Source: Balneolales bacterium (GTDB lineage: Bacteria; Bacteroidota; Rhodothermia; Balneolales; HLUCCA01). Taken from it: a DNA stretch of 64,000 nucleotides. The stretch spans positions 20,342 through 84,341 of the forward strand of contig JBGTBY010000031.1 in NCBI GenBank assembly GCA_041749075.1, read 5' to 3'. Below the pieces are notes generated by a model that saw only the letters and a list, made by a program, of their open reading frames with translations, had not been told where the DNA came from and searched no databases. Of this stretch, positions 58,664-64,000 are shown piece by piece (position 1 is the first letter of the stretch; each line of letters starts with the position of its first letter). A program made the translations under genes and the position numbers.

Positions 58664-58850
58664 AAAGAGAGGCTTTCTTCCTCAGCTTCTTCCACGCATA
58701 CGCCCCGCCTGCGGCAGCAAGAAGCCCGAGTCCGCCGTCGATAGGAGCTTGACTAGGAGCCGCGGGTAACCCCGGTGGTTGTGCCAAAAGAATGGTGGTT
58801 GTGATCAGGATGATCGCGAATGCGAAGAAAAGGATGATGACGGTTTTCAT
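58662..58850 (-). CDS. 62-aa mini-protein: signal peptide + short Pro-rich linker + C-terminal 'PID-GG'/TM/basic sorting-signal-like tail
   Basis: MKTVIILFFAFAIILITTTILLAQ | PPGLPAAPSQA | PIDGGLGLLAAAGGAYAW | KKLRKKASL. Start placed at 58850; the ORF-track N-extension MSFFKLLKFQIP would bury the signal peptide. Confidence 0.6.
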   Translation of the reverse strand: MKTVIILFFAFAIILITTTILLAQPPGLPAAPSQAPIDGGLGLLAAAGGAYAWKKLRKKASL

Positions 58851-58893
58851 GGGGATTTGAAATTTAAGAAGTTTGAAAAAAGACAATTTTTAA

Positions 58894-59025
58894 AAATGTT
58901 GAATGTTGAAATAAGAGAATTTTAAATGTTGAATTTTAAATGTTGAATTTTAAATGAAGAGGGGGCCCATCTTCACTTAGAATTTAAAATTGGCCTGCCG
59001 AGAGGCAGGCCTTTCATTTATAATT
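58894..59025. repeat. AT-rich double-hairpin intergenic element, copy D (internal ATGTTGAATTTTAA unit triplicated)
   Basis: AAATGTTGAATGTTGAAATAAGAGAATTTTAAATGTTGAATTTTAAATGTTGAATTTTAAATGAAGAGGGGGCCCATCTTCACTTAGAATTTAAAATT-GGCCTGCCGAGAGGCAGGC-CTTTCATTTATAATT. Confidence 0.8.
58993..59010. terminator. GC hairpin GCCTGCC-GAGA-GGCAGGC
   Basis: Lies 44 nt downstream (minus strand) of the 59054 stop. Confidence 0.55.
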
Positions 59026-59053
59026 GAAAGCAATGAGTTCATTGTCAGCCCCA

Positions 59054-60448
59054 TCACTTAAGAAGCACCATCTTCCTCGTGAGCACACCCTGCGCCGTTT
59101 GGAGACGATAGATGTACACGCCGCTTGAGAGATTCGACGCATCGAAGGTGATGCGGTGCGCGCCGGCCGGCATGGGTCCATCGATTAGAACCGAGACCTC
59201 ACGACCTAACAGATCATACACGGTGAGGCGTAGGGACGCAAGATCTTGCGTCCCTACTTGAAATGCGATTACCGTGCTCGGATTAAACGGATTCGGATAA
59301 TTTTGCGACAATCCGAATTCAACAGGTGTCTGCGGATCGAGATCGGCCGTTTCGCCATATTCCACGATAAGCGTGAACCGATGTCCATCGGTGGATTGTG
59401 CCTCGATTACAGGACTTGAATCCGCTCCTGGCGCCGCTTTCTTCGCACGATGTTCTAGTGTGAACGCAACGACATCACCTGATGCATAGGTTTTGCCCGT
59501 CTCATTGTCGCGCAACGTCGCTTTCCAGCCCATTGGCAGTAGATCGGTATTGAACATCAACTGATGTTCCTCGGCGAACGTGCTAATCACATCCACCGGA
59601 ATTTCCATGACGTCGAAGTCCAATGGGAGATGATTGATGTCGAGCAGCTTTCCATATTCCGAACTGAAACTGGCCACTTGAACATAATCCGGGGAAAGCG
59701 GGACGAGCTTGATCGCATCCATCCGGTCTTTTCCGTCCAATCCGTTGGCCGTGAACTGGATCCAGCTTGAATTCGTGAGTCCGCCTTTGTTTTGGATGGT
59801 CAACTCAATCGTAGCGATCGGGTTCGACTCTTCTTTCCCAAGGAACACGGAATTTCCATCCACTCGGGCGGATGTGGGAATGGTCAGGGTTGGGGACGCA
59901 TCAAAAGTTTCCACGAAAAAGCCGTTGAACGGACCGATGTGGCCGTTGGAGAGTCCTCCCGTAGTGCCATTCCATGTTTTCCATGAAGAGGCGTTGTTAT
60001 CCCAGACATAAACAGAGTTTGATAGACCGTTTTTGCTGAACTCATCCCAAGCCACGTTCGTGATGTACGGGTTTCCGATGAGGCTCCATCCGCCCACATT
60101 CGGGTTGAGTTTGGCGCTTAAGTCCGAATCCGAATTCCACGTGAATCCTTCACGGAGGAAGGTTTTCGGGAATCCGGCGTTGTTGTCGTTGCCCGGACCA
60201 TTATCATCGCTGAAGATGTACGCCAGAACGGCGGTTCCTTGTGAGAAGACGGTCGAAGCGTCTGTTAGCGCCGACCATTGAGTGGAATCGCGGTTGGCGC
60301 CGTTGATGGGCCACGTGTAGACGTTCGGAGCGCCGTGTTCGACGGAAGCGCCGGTGAAGCCTTGGGTCCAGAGTCCGCTGAAGAAAGACGCATAACTCGA
60401 ATCGGCGATCGAAGTGGATAACAATCTCCATCCCTGCGTGCCAGTCAG
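59054..60448 (-). repeat. Shared C-terminal module, copy 2
   Basis: See 53851-55245. The duplication appears to include the downstream repeat element (copies B and D both end ...GGCAGGCCTTTCATTTATAATT). Confidence 0.9.
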
Positions 60449-63400
60449 CGTTGGTGCGCCGATGCGATGCGTTCCGGAATTGGTGCGCAGCCATGGGAAG
60501 GATGCGCCACTGGTGATCTGCCAGACCTCGGCGAAATCCCAGCTTGTGTAATTGGCACTGGTATTCATCTGAGCCGTTGTCAACCCGGTTCCCGCGGCGG
60601 ATGTGGCTTGGCCGCTGGTTTCGGTGTTCCAGTAGGAGTTGGTGACGGTGCCAGAATTGGAACCTATGAAACCTCCAACCGCCGTTCCACCCCCGGTCAC
60701 TGCGCCGATGCTGTAAGAATTGGTGATGGTGGAGCTTGATATAATCCGCCCGACGAATCCGCCAATATGAATATTATTTTCGGTTGATGGCACAGTTACG
60801 GATCCTGTGGAGTACGAATTTGAAATATCAGTGATGAAATTATCCTCACCGATGAAGCCACCAATACGGGATGCATCGCCCTGTATCAACATATGTCCCG
60901 TCGAGTAGGATGATGTGATATTGATTTCGCCTGAGTAGTTTTGTCCAATAAAACCACCCAAATGACTGCCATTGCCAAGAGCAGTCACGTTGCCTGATGA
61001 GGACGAATTCGAGATGGTTACAGAGCCTTCTCCGAGGTATCCGATCAGGCCTCCCATATTGCTGGCATTTCCACTACCGGACAAATTCCCAGTGGATGTT
61101 ACATGACTGATTGTGACATCACCGTTTACTTGACCGACGGCCCCTCCAATGTATTCGGGGCCATTCATTCCTAACGCAATCGATACATCAACAGTTGATT
61201 GCTCGATTATTGAATTGCCCGTCAGTTCGCCAACAAGTCCACCAATGAAAGTGATTTCGCCATTTCCACCGGCATTGATAGATCCCGAAGACACAATGCC
61301 AGTGAGTACACCATTTTCCAAAGACCCTGCAATACTACCAACATAAGACACAGGATCATCACCAAACGTGAAGTTGACGTTCACCAGCTCAATGTCATAT
61401 GCCGTTCCTCTCATGTAACCAAACAGGCCCGTGAGAGAAGCTTGTCTGTGGTATATGAAGAGATTACTGATCGAATTGTTGTTTCCATTGAAATTGCCTG
61501 TAAAGGGATAACCGAAGTCTCCAATCGGCACCCATCCCTCACCGGTATTGTATGGAGCCACATCCAGATCAAGGTCGTTGTTCAAGATGAAGTGCGCATT
61601 CAGGAAGTAGCGCACAGAGTCTAACTGAGACACGGATGTGATTTGGTAGGGATTTCCCTCAACACCCGTTCCGCCCGCGAAGGGTAAATTCAATGTGGAG
61701 GCAGAGTGTCTTGCCGGATCGGCGGTGAGATAGGCTTGACGACCCGGGATGCCATTGAATTCATACACAGCCACATGGTAGGTGGCATTTTGAGCGAGTC
61801 CGGTCACGTCTACCGATGTTCCGGTTCCGACGTAGACCACCTTATTGCCATTGCCAAGGTCTGTAGCGGAAGAAAAGTCGGGATCGCCCGTGTAGGTCGT
61901 CCAATCGACAGGAGCCGCATCCACTGCGCTACCTTGTTTGACCACAATCATTCTGTAATCACCGTCACCAGGGACAGCCGAGAGGGTCATGCTGGTGCGA
62001 TCGATATTGCTGCTTGCGATAGTACCTGATGCGGTGGGTGGGCTCACCGTCAGATATTTTCCGGTCAAGTACGCTTCAACGGAGTCACGGGCTTCCGGAC
62101 TCAGCACAGCATTATAGATGATGATTTCAGCGATGTCGCCGTAAAACCAGTTGCTACCACCTGATTTGGTTCCAACCGACAAGCCGTTGCCGTATGCACT
62201 CCGTGAATTCACTTCATTTTCTGCAACATGGACACCGTTCACAGCTAAGACGCCCTCTGTGTTCGATGCTCTCATATTGAACAGATGAGGCTGCGTGTCT
62301 GTGAACTGACCTGGGGTGCCTACATGTGAGGATGAGGTGCCATCATTTGTTAAGAATCGAGCTCCACCCGTGTCGTTGGTCCAAAGTTCAAAGTCGCCAT
62401 TTGAGACCAATGCCGTCGTCAGGATGTAATGGTTGTTGGTGTGTGAGGTAGCGGATCGGGCGAGAATGAAGATCTCATAGTCGCTATTTTGGATGCCCAG
62501 GGCTGCAGTGGATGGCAACAGAAAATAGTTCGTGCCGGCATCGTCGAAGCGGACAACCGGTTGCCCGTTCATCGCATTTTCGACAACGGATGGTTGGAAG
62601 GCAACTGGAGCGTCATGGGATGCATCATTCCCATTTTCGGATTGATCGGCCCAGGAGCTGAGTCTGCCCGCTTCTATGCCCGTTCCATAATCCGCGCTGA
62701 GGAACAATCGCAAGTTGGCGTAGGGGATGGGGGTGCGGGTGAGCACGCTGTCTCTTGCCGGATTGACCGACATATAGAGTTCATCACCAACATCACCATT
62801 GTATTCGAACACCGCGAAATGATAGGTGGTGCGTTCATCCAAACCGGTGATGGTCACGTCCATGCCATCGCCTACATAGACCACATGGTTCCCGGTTCCC
62901 ATTGTGGTGTTTCCGGTATATGTTGTCCCATCCACGGGCTCAAAATCTACGGCAGAACCGCTTTTCGCCACGACCATCCGACGATCCCCATTCCCTGGTG
63001 TTAAGCTTATTCGTGCGCTCGTGGTGGTGATGTCCGAAAAGGTGATGTCGGTTGCGGCAAGTGTCGGAGGAATCGAAAGCCCATATTTTGCAGACAAATA
63101 CGCTTCTACGGAGTCTCTTTGCAATGCCGACAAAATCTGATTGTAGATGATGATTTCGGCGATGTCACCATTCATCGCAAAGCTGTCATCTGCTCGAAGC
63201 CCTAATCTCAAATTTCCAGCGAATGAACTTCGGGAATTCTTTTCTCGGTATACCGAGGCCTTTCCGTTCACCGTGATTTGACTGAAGGTATCGGTGGCTT
63301 GCATGCGGATAAGTTGAGGCTGGGTATTGGTATAAGCACCTGTCGTACCCACATCCAAATACTGTCCGTCCGTCAGGTTATTATTGGGCGCACCTATATT

Positions 63401-64000
63401 ATTTGGTATGTACCGAAAACCTCCATTTCCAGCTCCGTTGGTATGAAGTTCGTTTCGTCCTAAGTCACCCGCTATCAGAAATTGGATGTCGTTCGTAGTG
63501 CTGTAAACCGCCGTCGATCGATACACAATGAAGATGTCGGAGTCTTTATCGGTGATATCGAGGCTGCTGGCTGTAGGAAGATTCAAAAATTGCCCACCCG
63601 TAAAGCGAATGATGGGCTTCCCGTTGATCACATCTGAAACCAGCATCGGACGCGTCACTGCAGAAGGTGCCTCCGCGTCGATGAGCGCATTACCGGATTG
63701 GTCGGACCAAGCCGTGAGTGTATCGCCGGACAAACTTGTACCCAGACCCGCGCTGAGTAGCAGACGCAGATTGGCATAGGGGATGGGAGCGATTGTCGCA
63801 ACACTGTCACGTGCCGGTGTGGTCAACAAGTAGGTCTCCACCTCTTCAACCACATCGAATTCAAAGATCGCGAAGTGGTATTCCGTTAATGCATCCAGAC
63901 CGGTGATGTTCACGCTATTGCCATTCCCAGCATACACCGCATAGGTGCCGTCGCCCAGATCGGCATTTGCGCTGTAGGCAACTCCATCCACAGGTTCAAC
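59054..64000 (-). CDS. Giant T9SS cargo (N-terminus beyond window): [FN3-like + LamG] repeats + GLUG-motif beta-helix + shared 464-aa C-terminal module with type-A CTD
   Basis: The frame continues upstream of the ORF-track GTG at 63991 (VEPVDG... is mid-repeat). Repeat marker PIPYANLRL recurs at a 352-aa period. LamG tails GDIAEIIIYN..L....RDSVEAYL..KY. GLUG-like GGLVG/GGLIG/GGFIG/GGFVG repeats roughly 60482-61684. C-terminus identical in type to 53851-55245. Confidence 0.9.
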   Translation of the reverse strand, partial: VEPVDGVAYSANADLGDGTYAVYAGNGNSVNITGLDALTEYHFAIFEFDVVEEVETYLLTTPARDSVATIAPIPYANLRLLLSAGLGTSLSGDTLTAWSDQSGNALIDAEAPSAVTRPMLVSDVINGKPIIRFTGGQFLNLPTASSLDITDKDSDIFIVYRSTAVYSTTNDIQFLIAGDLGRNELHTNGAGNGGFRYIPNNIGAPNNNLTDGQYLDVGTTGAYTNTQPQLIRMQATDTFSQITVNGKASVYREKNSRSSFAGNLRLGLRADDSFAMNGDIAEIIIYNQILSALQRDSVEAYLSAKYGLSIPPTLAATDITFSDITTTSARISLTPGNGDRRMVVAKSGSAVDFEPVDGTTYTGNTTMGTGNHVVYVGDGMDVTITGLDERTTYHFAVFEYNGDVGDELYMSVNPARDSVLTRTPIPYANLRLFLSADYGTGIEAGRLSSWADQSENGNDASHDAPVAFQPSVVENAMNGQPVVRFDDAGTNYFLLPSTAALGIQNSDYEIFILARSATSHTNNHYILTTALVSNGDFELWTNDTGGARFLTNDGTSSSHVGTPGQFTDTQPHLFNMRASNTEGVLAVNGVHVAENEVNSRSAYGNGLSVGTKSGGSNWFYGDIAEIIIYNAVLSPEARDSVEAYLTGKYLTVSPPTASGTIASSNIDRTSMTLSAVPGDGDYRMIVVKQGSAVDAAPVDWTTYTGDPDFSSATDLGNGNKVVYVGTGTSVDVTGLAQNATYHVAVYEFNGIPGRQAYLTADPARHSASTLNLPFAGGTGVEGNPYQITSVSQLDSVRYFLNAHFILNNDLDLDVAPYNTGEGWVPIGDFGYPFTGNFNGNNNSISNLFIYHRQASLTGLFGYMRGTAYDIELVNVNFTFGDDPVSYVGSIAGSLENGVLTGIVSSGSINAGGNGEITFIGGLVGELTGNSIIEQSTVDVSIALGMNGPEYIGGAVGQVNGDVTISHVTSTGNLSGSGNASNMGGLIGYLGEGSVTISNSSSSGNVTALGNGSHLGGFIGQNYSGEINITSSYSTGHMLIQGDASRIGGFIGEDNFITDISNSYSTGSVTVPSTENNIHIGGFVGRIISSSTITNSYSIGAVTGGGTAVGGFIGSNSGTVTNSYWNTETSGQATSAAGTGLTTAQMNTSANYTSWDFAEVWQITSGASFPWLRTNSGTHRIGAPTLTGTQGWRLLSTSIADSSYASFFSGLWTQGFTGASVEHGAPNVYTWPINGANRDSTQWSALTDASTVFSQGTAVLAYIFSDDNGPGNDNNAGFPKTFLREGFTWNSDSDLSAKLNPNVGGWSLIGNPYITNVAWDEFSKNGLSNSVYVWDNNASSWKTWNGTTGGLSNGHIGPFNGFFVETFDASPTLTIPTSARVDGNSVFLGKEESNPIATIELTIQNKGGLTNSSWIQFTANGLDGKDRMDAIKLVPLSPDYVQVASFSSEYGKLLDINHLPLDFDVMEIPVDVISTFAEEHQLMFNTDLLPMGWKATLRDNETGKTYASGDVVAFTLEHRAKKAAPGADSSPVIEAQSTDGHRFTLIVEYGETADLDPQTPVEFGLSQNYPNPFNPSTVIAFQVGTQDLASLRLTVYDLLGREVSVLIDGPMPAGAHRITFDASNLSSGVYIYRLQTAQGVLTRKMVLLK
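59230..59257. repeat. Perfect 28-bp palindrome inside the CTD coding sequence
   Basis: GTAGGGACGCAAGATCTTGCGTCCCTAC equals its own reverse complement. Confidence 0.95.

Noticed and set aside
58851-58886. ORF-track start (MSFFKLLKFQIP...) for the mini-protein, and likewise 58441-58494 for the RCC1 giant and 14915-14995 for the M14 peptidase.
   Set aside because: Internal Met codons give canonical signal peptides at the N-terminus. The extensions would bury them.
52862-59025. AT-rich repeats considered as a CRISPR array.
   Set aside because: The copies are 0.2-4.7 kb apart and separated by full genes, the repeat length (~95-130 bp) is far too long, and no cas genes are present.
52862-59025. 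Repeats considered as integron attC sites bounding gene cassettes.
   Set aside because: No GTTRRRY/RYYYAAC core sites, no intI gene or attI in the window, and one 'cassette' is a 4.6-kb gene. The cassette-like bracketing is noted in the findings only as an observation.

Overview
This 64-kb window is from a T9SS-bearing bacterium of the Bacteroidota/Balneolota/Rhodothermota-like (FCB) group. The evidence is three cargo proteins ending in the 'NYPNPFNP...' type-A sorting domain, TAnnTTTG-like -7 boxes, and a half-size GlgA followed by a DUF4270-like gene. I support about 44 protein-coding genes. I found no rRNA, tRNA, CRISPR array, transposase or integrase. Housekeeping blocks: ABC exporter pair, acyl-CoA thioesterase, S8 protease, Ppx/GppA, AddAB-like helicase-nuclease, M14 carboxypeptidase, miaA-purS-purQ-lptB, rho, a glycogen string (glgB-malQ-short glgA), LolC/E-like permease, usp-CDF, CCA enzyme, ispE and glgP. 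Accessory or unusual parts: (1) a Fic + HicAB islet with phased direct repeats at the fic promoter. (2) A membrane-anchored MurF paralog divergent from a sugar nucleotidyltransferase, separated by a 21-bp tandem/inverted repeat array. (3) A four-gene, translationally coupled signalling operon headed by a 2287-aa CheB-CheR-PAS/GAF histidine kinase. (4) A low-GC islet with a DUF4160/DUF2442-HTH pair and two uncharacterised genes, one with a papain-like Cys/His/Asp pattern. (5) A right-hand T9SS cargo cluster that I consider the most interesting region. In it, two giant proteins carry unrelated heads on a ~90% identical 464-aa C-terminal module, and that module contains a 28-bp palindrome inside the coding sequence. 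Every gene in the cluster is separated by a conserved AT-rich double-hairpin repeat, and a tiny signal-peptide + 'PID-GG'-TM-basic sorting-tail protein sits between the two giants. All functional calls rest on motif recognition by eye; no database search was possible.
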